From assembly GCA_964476595.1 (NCBI GenBank), contig CAYZCL010000073.1, positions 14,980 through 78,979 of the forward strand: a stretch of DNA of 64,000 nt, in the 5' to 3' direction. The notes beneath the pieces were generated by a model. The model was not told where the DNA came from and did not search any database. It saw only the letters and a list, made by a program, of their open reading frames with translations. The translations under genes and the position numbers were made by a program. Each line of letters opens with the position of its first letter. Position 1 is the stretch's first letter. Shown here one piece after another: positions 46,395-55,414 of the stretch. Origin of the DNA: an uncultured Desulfobacteraceae bacterium. GTDB taxonomy: Bacteria; Desulfobacterota; Desulfobacteria; Desulfobacterales; JALSRD01.

Positions 46395-48224
46395 ATGACG
46401 GCTATTCTCGGAATTTCCGCCTTCTACCACGATTCCGCGGCCGCCCTGGTCGTCGACGGACGCATCGTGGCCGCCGCCCAGGAAGAGCGTTTCACACGCA
46501 TCAAGCACGACAAGGATTTCCCCCGTCACGCCCTGGAATACGTGCTCGCCGAGGGCGGTCTCACCCCGCGGGAGCTGGACTACGTGGGGTTCTACGAAAA
46601 GCCGCTGCTCAAGTTCGACCGGCTGCTGGAAACCTACCTGGCTTACGCCCCCAGCGGGTTCCGTTCCTTTTACGAAGCCCTGCCGGTGTGGCTGCGCGAA
46701 AAGCTTTACCTGCCGCGCCAGATCCGAAAGGGCCTGGGCGGCGGGTACCGCCGGGGCATCGTCTTTCCGGAGCACCACGAGTCCCACGCCGCCAGCGCCT
46801 TTTTCCCGTCGCCTTTCGAGGAGGCCGCCATCCTGACCCTGGACGGCGTCGGGGAGTGGACCACCACCAGTTTCGGGGTGGGGCACGGCAACCGCATCGA
46901 ACTGCGCAGCGAACTGCGGTTTCCCCATTCGCTGGGACTGCTGTACTCGGCCTTCACCTATTTCTGCGGCTTCCGCGTCAACAGCGGCGAGTACAAGCTC
47001 ATGGGCCTGGCGCCTTACGGCGAGCCGCGCTACGCGGACCTCATCCGGGAGCACCTCATCGACATCCGCGAGGACGGCTCCTACCGGCTGAACATGGCCT
47101 ACTTCAACTACTGCCAGGGCCTGACCATGACGTCCGCGCGCTTTCACCGGCTGTTCGGCGGGGCGCCGCGTGAGCCGGAGACCCCGCTCACCCGGCGCGA
47201 GATGGACCTGGCGGCCTCCATCCAGAAGGTCACCGAGGAGGTCATGCTGCGCACCTGCCGCCACGTGCACGCGCGCACCGGCCTGCGGCGGCTGTGCATG
47301 GCCGGCGGCGTGGCCCTGAACTGCGTGGGCAACGGTCGCATTCTGCGCGAGGGACCCTTCGAGGACATCTGGATCCAGCCGGCCGCCGGGGACGCCGGCG
47401 GTGCCTTGGGCACGGCCCTGTTCATCTGGCACCAGTTGCTGGACAAGCCGCGCCGGCCCTGCAGGCCTGACCAGCAGGCCGGTTCTGCCCTGGGACCGGT
47501 GTACGCAAACGACGAGGTCGAAACCTTCCTCCGCAGCCGGGGAGCCGTCTTTCGGCGCATCGACGACGAGCGGACCCTGCTGGACACCGTGGCGCGTCTC
47601 ATCGCCGAGCAGAACGTGGTGGGCTGGATGCACGGGCGCATGGAGTTCGGCCCCCGCGCGCTGGGGCACCGCAGCATCTTGGGAGACGCGCGCAGCCCCG
47701 AGATGCAGTCGGTGATGAACCTGAAGATCAAGTTCCGCGAGTCTTTCCGGCCCTTCGCGCCGGTGGTGCTGGCCGAGAAGGCCGGCGACTACTTCGACAT
47801 GCCCCGCGGCAAGGACAGCCCCTACATGCTGGTGGTGGCGCCGGTGACCGCCGACCGCCGGCGGCCGGTGGAGCGCGACGCCAGTGGCCTGGAGAAGCTG
47901 GGGGTGCTGCGTTCGGACATTCCGGCCGTCACCCACGTGGACTACTCGGCGCGCGTGCAGACCGTCGACAACCAGCGCCACGACCGGTTCTACCGCCTGA
48001 TGAAAGCCTTCGAAGCGCGGACCGGATGCCCCGTGATGATCAACACCAGTTTCAACGTGCGCGGCGAACCCATCGTCAACACGCCGGCCGACGCCTACCA
48101 CTGCTTCATGGGCACCGAGATGGACGTGCTGGTGATCGAGGATTTCCTGCTGCTCAAGGAAGAGCAGCCCGAAGAAAACCGTCCCGAAACCCAGTCGTAC
48201 CTGTCGCGTTTCGAACTCGACTAG
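46395..48224 (+). CDS. Carbamoyltransferase (NodU/CmcH/SxtI family)
   Basis: Track ORF 46182..48224 trimmed to MTAILGISAFYHDSAAAL. An alternative ATG is at 46377. Carbamoyltransferase N- and C-terminal domain patterns run throughout (HHESHAASAF, LNTSFNVRGEPIV). Confidence 0.9.
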   Translation: MTAILGISAFYHDSAAALVVDGRIVAAAQEERFTRIKHDKDFPRHALEYVLAEGGLTPRELDYVGFYEKPLLKFDRLLETYLAYAPSGFRSFYEALPVWLREKLYLPRQIRKGLGGGYRRGIVFPEHHESHAASAFFPSPFEEAAILTLDGVGEWTTTSFGVGHGNRIELRSELRFPHSLGLLYSAFTYFCGFRVNSGEYKLMGLAPYGEPRYADLIREHLIDIREDGSYRLNMAYFNYCQGLTMTSARFHRLFGGAPREPETPLTRREMDLAASIQKVTEEVMLRTCRHVHARTGLRRLCMAGGVALNCVGNGRILREGPFEDIWIQPAAGDAGGALGTALFIWHQLLDKPRRPCRPDQQAGSALGPVYANDEVETFLRSRGAVFRRIDDERTLLDTVARLIAEQNVVGWMHGRMEFGPRALGHRSILGDARSPEMQSVMNLKIKFRESFRPFAPVVLAEKAGDYFDMPRGKDSPYMLVVAPVTADRRRPVERDASGLEKLGVLRSDIPAVTHVDYSARVQTVDNQRHDRFYRLMKAFEARTGCPVMINTSFNVRGEPIVNTPADAYHCFMGTEMDVLVIEDFLLLKEEQPEENRPETQSYLSRFELD

Positions 48225-48242
48225 GAGGGGAGCGACCGCACC

Positions 48243-48662
48243 ATGGCAAAACTGATCCGAGTCAACCGCAACCCGTCACCGGGCGAACTGCGGCTTTTCG
48301 GCCTGCTGCTGACGGCCGCACTGGCCGCCGTCGGCTTCATGCTCTACCGCCGCGGCGGCACCCCGCTCTGGCCCGCGGTGCTGGGGTGCGCCGCCGGCCT
48401 GGCGGCGCTGCCGACCGCCGTCGCCCCCGGCGTCCTGCGCTACCCCTACCTGGGGCTGACCTACGCGGCCCTGCCCATCGGTATCGTGGTGTCCACGGTG
48501 GTGCTGCTGGTGATTTTTTTCCTGCTGCTGACGCCGCTGGCACTGGTCTTCAAACTCATGGGGCGTGACCCGCTCCAGCGCCGCATGAACCCCGAGGCGA
48601 AGAGCTACTGGCACCCGCGCCGACCCGCCGGTGAACGGCGGCGCTACCTGCGGCAATACTGA
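48243..48662 (+). CDS. SxtJ-like small membrane protein
   Basis: 139 aa. ELRLFGLLLTAALAAVGF plus further TM segments. The position immediately after a carbamoyltransferase matches the SxtI-SxtJ-SxtK arrangement, recalled from memory. Confidence 0.65.
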   Translation: MAKLIRVNRNPSPGELRLFGLLLTAALAAVGFMLYRRGGTPLWPAVLGCAAGLAALPTAVAPGVLRYPYLGLTYAALPIGIVVSTVVLLVIFFLLLTPLALVFKLMGRDPLQRRMNPEAKSYWHPRRPAGERRRYLRQY

Positions 48663-48682
48663 GGTCCCCGGAAGAGGAACCC

Positions 48683-48904
48683 ATGAACGAGAAAAACGAC
48701 GCGACCCCGCGGGACGAGGAACAGGAGACATTCGAGGAGGCCGTCTCCCGGCAGAGCCCGGGGATGGCGCGCGAGTTTATCGGCTTTCTCGCCCAGAACA
48801 AGAAGTGGTGGCTGGCGCCCATCATCGTGGTCATGCTGCTGCTGGGCCTGCTGGTGTTCCTGGGCGGAACCGGGGTGGCGCCCTTCATCTACACCCTGTT
48901 TTGA
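48683..48904 (+). CDS. DUF5989/SxtK-like small membrane protein
   Basis: The C-terminal sequence KKWWLAPIIVVMLLLGLLVFLGGTGVAPFIYTLF matches the characteristic family signature as I recall it. Confidence 0.7.
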   Translation: MNEKNDATPRDEEQETFEEAVSRQSPGMAREFIGFLAQNKKWWLAPIIVVMLLLGLLVFLGGTGVAPFIYTLF

Positions 48905-48946
48905 GACCGGTTTCGGCTTTCGGCCCCGGCCCCGGGGAACGCATCG

Positions 48947-48981
48947 GCGGCGTGGCGGGGTGCCGGTGCGCCGCGCTTTTT
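48947..48981 (+). terminator. Possible intrinsic terminator after the DUF5989 gene
   Basis: GCGGCG (48947-52) pairs with CGCCGC (48969-74). The loop is 16 nt, and GC followed by TTTTT comes after the stem. Confidence 0.35.
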
Positions 48982-49018
48982 ACCGGTTCTGACGCAATCC
49001 ATGACTTGAGGTGTGCGC

Positions 49019-50062
49019 ATGCAGGCAGAGGCACTGCGTTTCGAAAAACAACTCATCACGGCCCCCTACGTCCACCCGGACGGGCGGGCGGTGCAGGGCC
49101 GCATCGAGGTGCGCACCAGCCCGGTGACCGGACGCGCCAGCCGCATCGCCTTCAACCGCGCCAAGGAGAAAGAGGCCGGTACCGACCGCCTGCCGGACCC
49201 GCCGCCCGACGCGCAGCGCAGCGACGAGTGCCCCTTCTGTCACCCGCAGGTCTACCGCATGACGCCGCGGCTGGACCCCGCGCTGTTTCCCGAGGAACGC
49301 CTGGTGCGGGGCGATTCGCTGCTGTTTCCCAACCTGTTTCCCTACGGGCGCTACTCGGCCGTGAGCCTCTTCGGCCGGCGGCACTTCGTCGAGATCGGCA
49401 CGGCCGACGTCCGTTCCTACACCGACTGCTTCATCAACTGCGCGTGCTACCTGCAAATCCTCTACCGCAAGGACCCGCGGGCGCGTTACATGGCCATCAC
49501 CCAGAACCACCTGCCCAGCGCCGGCGGCTCGCTGGTGCACCCCCACCTGCAGGTGCACGCCGACCGGGTGGCGCCCAACTTCCACCGCTTCCTGGAAAAG
49601 CGCTGCGCGGAACACCACCGGCAGACGGGCGGCCACCTGTTCTCCGACTACTTGGCCCGCGAGACGGCCGACGGCGGCCGTCTCATCGGGCGCACCGGGG
49701 ACTGGCACTGGCTGGCGGCCTTCGCGCCCGAGGGGTTCTACGAGATCTGGGGCATCCTGCCGGGTGCCTTCTCGGCGCCGGAACTGGACCTCGCGGCGTG
49801 GGAGGACCTGGCCCGCGGCGTCATCAACACCCAGCGCTTCTACCGCAGCCTGTGCCGCAACGGTTACAACCTGGGCCTGCTGTGCCAGCCGGGCGGGCAG
49901 GTGGAGCCCGAACTGCGCGTGGTCATCCTGGCGCGTTCCAACTACGCCGCCTGGGTGCGTAACGACCACACCGGCTACGAGGTCATGCTGGGCGACATGA
50001 CCACCTTCAGCGCCCCGGAGGAAACCGCGCGCCTGGCCAGGCCCTTCTGGAACCCGCGCTGA
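49019..50062 (+). CDS. GalT-like (galactose-1-phosphate uridylyltransferase / HIT superfamily branch III) nucleotidyltransferase
   Basis: Zinc motif CPFCH and active-site motif HPHLQV (HxHxQ). SD GAGGTG sits 5 nt before ATG 49019. The track start is GTG 49013. Confidence 0.7.
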   Translation: MQAEALRFEKQLITAPYVHPDGRAVQGRIEVRTSPVTGRASRIAFNRAKEKEAGTDRLPDPPPDAQRSDECPFCHPQVYRMTPRLDPALFPEERLVRGDSLLFPNLFPYGRYSAVSLFGRRHFVEIGTADVRSYTDCFINCACYLQILYRKDPRARYMAITQNHLPSAGGSLVHPHLQVHADRVAPNFHRFLEKRCAEHHRQTGGHLFSDYLARETADGGRLIGRTGDWHWLAAFAPEGFYEIWGILPGAFSAPELDLAAWEDLARGVINTQRFYRSLCRNGYNLGLLCQPGGQVEPELRVVILARSNYAAWVRNDHTGYEVMLGDMTTFSAPEETARLARPFWNPR

Positions 50063-50170
50063 GCGTTTCAGATTCCCCGTACGGCGGCAAGCCCGAAAAT
50101 CGCCCGCCCCGGGCGCCAGCGGCGGGCGGCCTGCCTTACGCTCCTATCGGAAAACGGGTGCCTGCGGGGC

Positions 50171-51655
50171 CTACATCAGGAGGCGCTTTCGCCACCCGGC
50201 CGAGAGCCGCCGGAACGCCAGCGACGGCAGGCGGTTGGCCGCCAGAAAATCGGGCAGCTCGCGGCGGTTGCCCTGGGACCACCAGCCGCGCAGGATGTCA
50301 CCGGTCTTTTCGGCAAACAGCCAGTCGTCTCCCGCCGTTTCCTGCAGGCCGGCGTTCAGCGAGGCCTCGGCCATCCAGGCCATGAGGTAGTCCAGGGCGT
50401 AAAACTCCGGCACCAGGTCGAACAGGTGCCCGTCCGGCTGGTAGTAGAACCCCGTGTGGCGTCGCATCAGCTCGGCGTAGCGTTCTCCGCTGGACAGGTC
50501 CCCGCTCGCGAACATCTCGTACTCGGCTAGGAACTTGGCGCCGTAGCGGCGAAACAGCGATAGGTTGCGCAGCTGGCGACGGCGGTCCATTTCATCGGCC
50601 AGACCCGCCTCGACACCGGCGAATTCCGTGAGGAAAGACGGTGACAGCACGCATCCCTGCAGCAGGAAAGCCCAGGCCTCCGAGAGGCTGCAGCCGGTGG
50701 TCATCTCGCGGTCGGTGACGGGCAGGTCGGCGGAAGTAAAGGCCGCCGACAGTCCGTGGCCCAGTTCATGAAAGAGGGTCTCCAGGTCGATCCAGCCGCC
50801 CTGGGGACGCATGAGGATATGAATCTCCTGCGGGGTCTGCAGCACGAAACACATGGCCTGGGCCGTGCGGGATTCCTGCGGCAGCAGTTCGATGTACAGG
50901 GCCGGCAGGGCCTCCAGGTCGATGCCCCAGCGGTGCAGGGGGGCGGCCTGCTCTATCAGCGGCCGCCGGGGAAAGCACGCATCGTAGGCCGTCATGGCCA
51001 GCAGGTGGATGGCATCGAAGCGCGTGGCTTCCTCCAGGGGGATGTCGAAGCGCTCGCGGCACCAGCGCTCCATGCCGTCGAAGTAAAAGTCCTGCGTTTC
51101 GGCCAGCATCTGCTTTACGCGGTCGTACCAGAGGCGGTAGTCGATGTGCTTTTTTTCCGTGCAGTAGGCGATGTAGTCCGGGTAGCCGAATTCCGAGGAC
51201 AGGATCTCCAGCAGGTTTTCCCAGTACTGCCGGGCAAAGGGCGTCAGGAAACGGCACAGGGCGCGGGTTTCTTTCTGAAGTACTTGACGCTGGGCGCGGG
51301 TGCTCTGCTTCTGACACCAGGGGATGATCTGCCGGAAGTAGATGTTGCGGCCGTCCACCTGCGCCGCGGCGCCGTGGATCCAGGTGCGCAGCTCCACGTC
51401 GCTGGCCAGCAGTTCGCGCTGCAGGAAGTGGTCGATGAAGCAGTGCCGCAGGCGGTGGGTGCGCCTGTCGGCCGGGGCGCCGTCCAGGGTTTCGAGGGTC
51501 TGCGGGGCCAGCAGGGCACCGGACCGGCCGTAGCATTCGGACATCTGCACAGCGCCGCCGTCGCCCCGCCACTGGTCCAGGGAGGCCCGGCGCCAGCCGA
51601 GGGTCAGTTCGTAGAGCCCGCGCTCGATTTCGGACAGGTCGGGTTCGGATTTCAT
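50171..51655 (-). CDS. HExxH zinc metallopeptidase (M3/oligoendopeptidase-F-like)
   Basis: The C-terminal 494 aa of the chimeric track ORF 50171..53050, starting MKSEPDLSEIERGLYEL. Contains the HELGH motif. Confidence 0.65.
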   Translation of the reverse strand: MKSEPDLSEIERGLYELTLGWRRASLDQWRGDGGAVQMSECYGRSGALLAPQTLETLDGAPADRRTHRLRHCFIDHFLQRELLASDVELRTWIHGAAAQVDGRNIYFRQIIPWCQKQSTRAQRQVLQKETRALCRFLTPFARQYWENLLEILSSEFGYPDYIAYCTEKKHIDYRLWYDRVKQMLAETQDFYFDGMERWCRERFDIPLEEATRFDAIHLLAMTAYDACFPRRPLIEQAAPLHRWGIDLEALPALYIELLPQESRTAQAMCFVLQTPQEIHILMRPQGGWIDLETLFHELGHGLSAAFTSADLPVTDREMTTGCSLSEAWAFLLQGCVLSPSFLTEFAGVEAGLADEMDRRRQLRNLSLFRRYGAKFLAEYEMFASGDLSSGERYAELMRRHTGFYYQPDGHLFDLVPEFYALDYLMAWMAEASLNAGLQETAGDDWLFAEKTGDILRGWWSQGNRRELPDFLAANRLPSLAFRRLSAGWRKRLLM

Positions 51656-51758
51656 GAGAAACCATTCTCCACAAGGGTTCAGACTACAGGGTATCATTTC
51701 GGGACCGCTTTTGAAAGCCCGTTCTGCCGTCCAACGCCGCGTGTCCGCGCTTTTCTCT

Positions 51759-51787
51759 TTGACATGCAGGCCGGCCTTTTTTAATAT
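51759..51787 (+). promoter_or_regulatory. Predicted sigma-70 promoter giving a leaderless mRNA for the response regulator
   Basis: TTGACA (51759-64), a 17-nt spacer, then TAATAT (51782-87). The ATG at 51794 begins 7 nt after the -10 hexamer, and there is no SD. Confidence 0.5.
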
Positions 51788-51793
51788 CGGGAC

Positions 51794-52471
51794 ATGGCGG
51801 CGCCCAGGCAATCGATACTCATCGTGGACGATCACCCCCTGTTCCGGGAGGGGCTGCGGGCCATCATCACCCGCGACGGGCGTTTCGAGGTCGTCGGCGA
51901 GGCCGGCAGCGCCCGCGAGGCCCTGCGGCTGGCCAAACGCCTCAAGCCCAGCCTGATCATCGTGGATATCTCGCTGCCCGACCGCAGCGGCATCGAGCTG
52001 ACCAGCGAGCTGCGCCGTAAGCTTCCCGAAAGCCGCATCCTGATCGTCAGCATGCACTCCAAGATCGATTACATCGCCGAGGCCTTCCAGGCTGGCGCCA
52101 CCGGGTACGTGGTCAAGGAATCGGCCGCCGAACGGCTCATTGACGGTCTGGAGACCATCGCCGGCGGCGAGTATTTCCTGGACAGCTGCGTCTCCCACGA
52201 GGTGGTCAAGCGGCTCATGCAGATGCCGGCCAAGGACGCGCGCATCGCCGATGCCGGCTACGGTTCGCTGACCCCCCGCGAGCAGGAGGTCATGCGGCTG
52301 CTGGCCGAGGGGCTGAGCGTCAAGAAGATCGCCGAGAAGCTCTTCATCAGCCCCAAGACGGTGGAGAACCACCGGGCCAACATCATGAATAAACTCGACA
52401 TTCATAGCACCGTCGAGCTGATCCGCTACGCCGCGCGGCTGGGGCTCATCGACCTGGACCTGTGGCGTTGA
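51794..52471 (+). CDS. NarL/FixJ-family response regulator (REC + LuxR-type HTH)
   Basis: ILIVDDHPLFREGL..., IIVDISLPDRSG, and C-terminal LTPREQEVMRLLAEGLSVKKIAEKLFISPKTVENHR. Confidence 0.9.
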   Translation: MAAPRQSILIVDDHPLFREGLRAIITRDGRFEVVGEAGSAREALRLAKRLKPSLIIVDISLPDRSGIELTSELRRKLPESRILIVSMHSKIDYIAEAFQAGATGYVVKESAAERLIDGLETIAGGEYFLDSCVSHEVVKRLMQMPAKDARIADAGYGSLTPREQEVMRLLAEGLSVKKIAEKLFISPKTVENHRANIMNKLDIHSTVELIRYAARLGLIDLDLWR

Positions 52472-52495
52472 GGGGGCGTCACCGCAGCCGGGAAA

Positions 52496-52541
52496 ATTCC
52501 CCCCGGCCGGGCAAAATTCCCACCCAAATGAAGGTATTCCC
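52496..52541. repeat. Three phased copies of ATTCCC at exactly 20-bp intervals. The first two are embedded in CCGGG(A/C)AAAATTCCC.
   Basis: ATTCCC occurs at 52496-52501, 52516-52521 and 52536-52541, read directly. GGGAAAATTCCC has inverted arms GGGAA/TTCCC. Confidence 0.5.
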
Positions 52542-52657
52542 CTATGGACAAAAACGTTCGCATGCGTCATAGATAAAACAACGAGAAGTTCATGCTCGAG
52601 TGGAGTTGCGCAGGCAGACCCGCATTTGAGGACCGACAGCAGCCGAGGACGACACCG

Positions 52658-52867
52658 ATGATGAGCGAAGATTTTTCCCTGGCCGGACCCCGCCGCAGGA
52701 CCCCCCGCCGCCGTCGCCGCAAGAGGCCCCAATCTTTCCTGGACACCACCGCTATGGTGCGCTCGTTGCAGCGCCGCGAGGGGCGGCGCGACTGTTTCCG
52801 CCGTCCCGAGTTGGAGTGCTGCGACCCGCAGTGCCAGTGGTGGGATTACTGCCGGAACCGGGAGTGA
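52658..52867 (+). CDS. Possible small Arg-rich/Cys-rich protein (69 aa)
   Basis: Track ORF 52592..52867 trimmed to MMSEDFSLAGPRRRTPRRRRRKRPQSF...DCFRRPELECCDPQCQWWDYCRNRE (motif C-x7-CC-x3-C-x5-C). GAGGA lies about 12 nt upstream. It sits between the RR and HD genes on the same strand. Confidence 0.35.
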   Translation: MMSEDFSLAGPRRRTPRRRRRKRPQSFLDTTAMVRSLQRREGRRDCFRRPELECCDPQCQWWDYCRNRE

Positions 52868-53079
52868 GCGCCCAGGTCCCCGGGGAGATCGCAGGCGGTA
52901 TTCGCACCGGGTGACCCCCGGTGGGGATGCGCGGGCCGGCAACACCTCCCCGCCCGCCGACCGCGATGGCCCCGGCGTCGTGCCGATGGGGCGTTGACGG
53001 CGGGGGCGCGGTCCATTACAATCAGGCCATACCAGGGGCGTTTCTTTCAACCCGGTCGTTTCCAGGAAAGTGCCGCACC

Positions 53080-54240
53080 ATGCGTCTTTACGACTTGAAC
53101 GAGTTTTTCAAGCTCTCCTCGGTTCTCAACTACAACCTGAGCGCCGCCGCGCTGAACCGTCAGAACGTGCTGATGTTCATCACGGCGGACAAACCCCTGG
53201 CCGACGACCCGCGGCGTCACCAGGAGTACAACCTGATCCTGCTTGACGCGCTGGAGTACCTGTTTGCGGCCTACCGCAAGAAGCGCCGCCGCCTGGGGCC
53301 CATGGCCGTGCTCCACCCGCTGCGGGCCACGATCCTGTTCGCCCGCTCGGCCGAGCGGCTCAACTACCTCAACCTGATCAGCGTCATGTTCCACGACGTG
53401 CTGGAGGACATCCGGCCCCAGGACTTCGCCGACATCAACTGGCGCGAGATGGAAACGCGGCTGTACGCACTGCTGGAGCGCATGCCCTCCGGCGACGAGG
53501 CGGTGCTGCTGGAGCGCCTGGAGGCACTCACCAAGCTGGACGGCGAATCCTACTACGCCTACATCGGCCGCCTGTTGAAAGATGCGCGCCGCATTCCCGA
53601 CGTGGTGCTGATCAAGCTGGCCGACCGGTTGGACAACACGCTGGACATGCGCGTGGACATCCAGGACCCCATGGAGGGCGTCGATTTTTTTGAGAACATG
53701 TTCCAGATCCTGTTCGTGCGCAATTTCCCGGGTTACCGACCGGATTTGAGCCACCCCATGTCCTCGCCGCTCAACGGCGCCAAGCGCCTGTACCAGCTTT
53801 TTAAAAACGCGGTGCTGCTCTCGCTCATCCGGCAGTACCCCGTGGACGGCGACCGCGCACGACTCAGGACGCTTTTCGACGCCGTGGCCGAGGCCAGCCT
53901 GAGCGAGGCCCAGCGTACGCTGCTGCACCTCATGGGATACCACTTCCAGGCGGTCGCCGGCCAGCGCCGGCTGTTGCTCGACGCCATGGAATACTGTTAC
54001 AGCGGCCGCGGCTCGGTGGCCACCAAGCCGGGCAGCGGGCGGGACCTGGACGGGTTGTTTGCCGGCTATTTCGGCCCCCTGAACTCCGGGGAGCGCAATC
54101 GCAGGCTGGCCGGGCTATACAAAGATAAGCCCCTGATGATGCAGGCCTGCATCGCCTTCATCACCATTTTCCTGAGTTTTCTGAACGACGAGACTTTTTT
54201 CGTGGAGGGCATCAGCACGCGCGGGATCTCGCCGCGCTGA
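53080..54240 (+). CDS. HD-domain protein of the RelA/SpoT (p)ppGpp-hydrolase type (HD_4-like), with no synthetase domain
   Basis: Track ORF trimmed to MRLYDLNEFF. Motifs HPLRATILFA, MFHDVLED and IKLADRLDNT. Confidence 0.7.
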   Translation: MRLYDLNEFFKLSSVLNYNLSAAALNRQNVLMFITADKPLADDPRRHQEYNLILLDALEYLFAAYRKKRRRLGPMAVLHPLRATILFARSAERLNYLNLISVMFHDVLEDIRPQDFADINWREMETRLYALLERMPSGDEAVLLERLEALTKLDGESYYAYIGRLLKDARRIPDVVLIKLADRLDNTLDMRVDIQDPMEGVDFFENMFQILFVRNFPGYRPDLSHPMSSPLNGAKRLYQLFKNAVLLSLIRQYPVDGDRARLRTLFDAVAEASLSEAQRTLLHLMGYHFQAVAGQRRLLLDAMEYCYSGRGSVATKPGSGRDLDGLFAGYFGPLNSGERNRRLAGLYKDKPLMMQACIAFITIFLSFLNDETFFVEGISTRGISPR

Positions 54241-54255
54241 GAGGACCGCCGTAAA

Positions 54256-55365
54256 ATGACCGACAAAGCCACCATGCGGGCGCTGCGGGAGCGAGTGGCC
54301 GCCCTGGAGGCCGAACTGGCCGGGCGGCGAGACCGTCCCGACGGCGACGAACTGGACTACCGGCTGGCGGTGGAGAACGCCAACGAGGCCGTGGTGGTCA
54401 CCCAGGACGGCCGTTTCCGCTACGTCAACGCCAAGGCCGTGCAGATCTCGGGCTATTCGCGGCAGGAACTGCTCGACCGGCCTTTCCTGGACTTCGTGCA
54501 CCCCGACGACCGCAGGCAGGTGTTGCGTCAGCGCGCCTACCCCCCCGACCGGCGGCACCGGGCGCGCCCCTTCACCCTGCGGCTGGTGGCCAGGGACGGG
54601 CGGGTGCGATGGCTGGAGTGCCAGAGCATCCGCATCCTCTGGCAGGGGCGCACGGCCGTGCTCAGTTTCCTGAGCGACGTGACCGTGCGCCAGCAGGCCC
54701 AGGACCGCATCCGCAGCCTGTCCCAGCAGCTCATCCGCGCCCAGGAAAAGGAGCGCCAGAGCATCTCCTGCTACCTGCACGACCGGGTCGCCCAGGACTT
54801 GTCTTCGTTGCTGATCACCGCCAAGACCCTGCTGGCGGATGAGCCGCACGTCGGCGACGACACGCGCGACAAGGTGGAGCGCATGTGCGAGGTGCTGCGC
54901 CAGTGCATCGACGCCGTGCGCAACCTGGCCTACGACCTGCGGCCGCCGGTGATGGAACAGCTGGGCCTGGCGCCCGCCATCTACCAGTACTGCGAGGATT
55001 TCAGCAGGGAAACCGGCATCTGCGTGGATTTCACCTCCGCCGGCATGGACGCCCTGGACCTGGCCGCCGAGACCGAGATCAACCTTTACCGGCTGGTCCA
55101 GGAGGCCCTCAACAACATCCGCCGGCACTCCGGCGCCTCGCGGGTGGCGGTCAAGCTGATCGCCTCGTCGCCCCACATCATCCTGCGTGTCGAGGACAAC
55201 GGCAGGGGCTTCGACGTGGAGGAGCAGCTGATGCACGCCTCGGAGAACAAGCGCATGGGCCTGGGCGGCATGGTCGAGCGCGTCAGCCTGCTCAAGGGAA
55301 AGCTGCGCATCGAGTCGCGCCTGGACCAGGGCACACGCATCTTCGCCGAGGTGCCCATCGGGTAG
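54256..55365 (+). CDS. PAS-containing sensor histidine kinase (HisKA_3 + HATPase_c; NarX/LiaS type)
   Basis: PAS segment (VVVTQDGRFRYVNAKAVQISGYS), H-box ISCYLHDRVAQDLSSL, and ATPase motifs (EALNNIRRHS, DNGRGF, GLGGM). Confidence 0.9.
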   Translation: MTDKATMRALRERVAALEAELAGRRDRPDGDELDYRLAVENANEAVVVTQDGRFRYVNAKAVQISGYSRQELLDRPFLDFVHPDDRRQVLRQRAYPPDRRHRARPFTLRLVARDGRVRWLECQSIRILWQGRTAVLSFLSDVTVRQQAQDRIRSLSQQLIRAQEKERQSISCYLHDRVAQDLSSLLITAKTLLADEPHVGDDTRDKVERMCEVLRQCIDAVRNLAYDLRPPVMEQLGLAPAIYQYCEDFSRETGICVDFTSAGMDALDLAAETEINLYRLVQEALNNIRRHSGASRVAVKLIASSPHIILRVEDNGRGFDVEEQLMHASENKRMGLGGMVERVSLLKGKLRIESRLDQGTRIFAEVPIG

Positions 55366-55414
55366 CCCCGGAGGGGACGGCGGGCGGCCCCGGCAAGGGC
55401 GGTACCGCAACCCG

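Noticed and set aside
50101-50128. The CGCCCGCC...GGCGGGCG stem between the convergent GalT-like and peptidase genes, considered as a bidirectional terminator.
   Set aside because: The loop is 12 nt and there is no U- or A-tract on either side. It cannot be distinguished from random GC-rich self-complementarity.
50171-53050. 959-aa minus-strand ORF that looks like one large protein.
   Set aside because: It is a chimera. Only the C-terminal 494 aa (from MKSEPDL, 51655) look like a real HExxH peptidase. The upstream part is antisense to the well-supported NarL-type regulator gene and its intergenic region.
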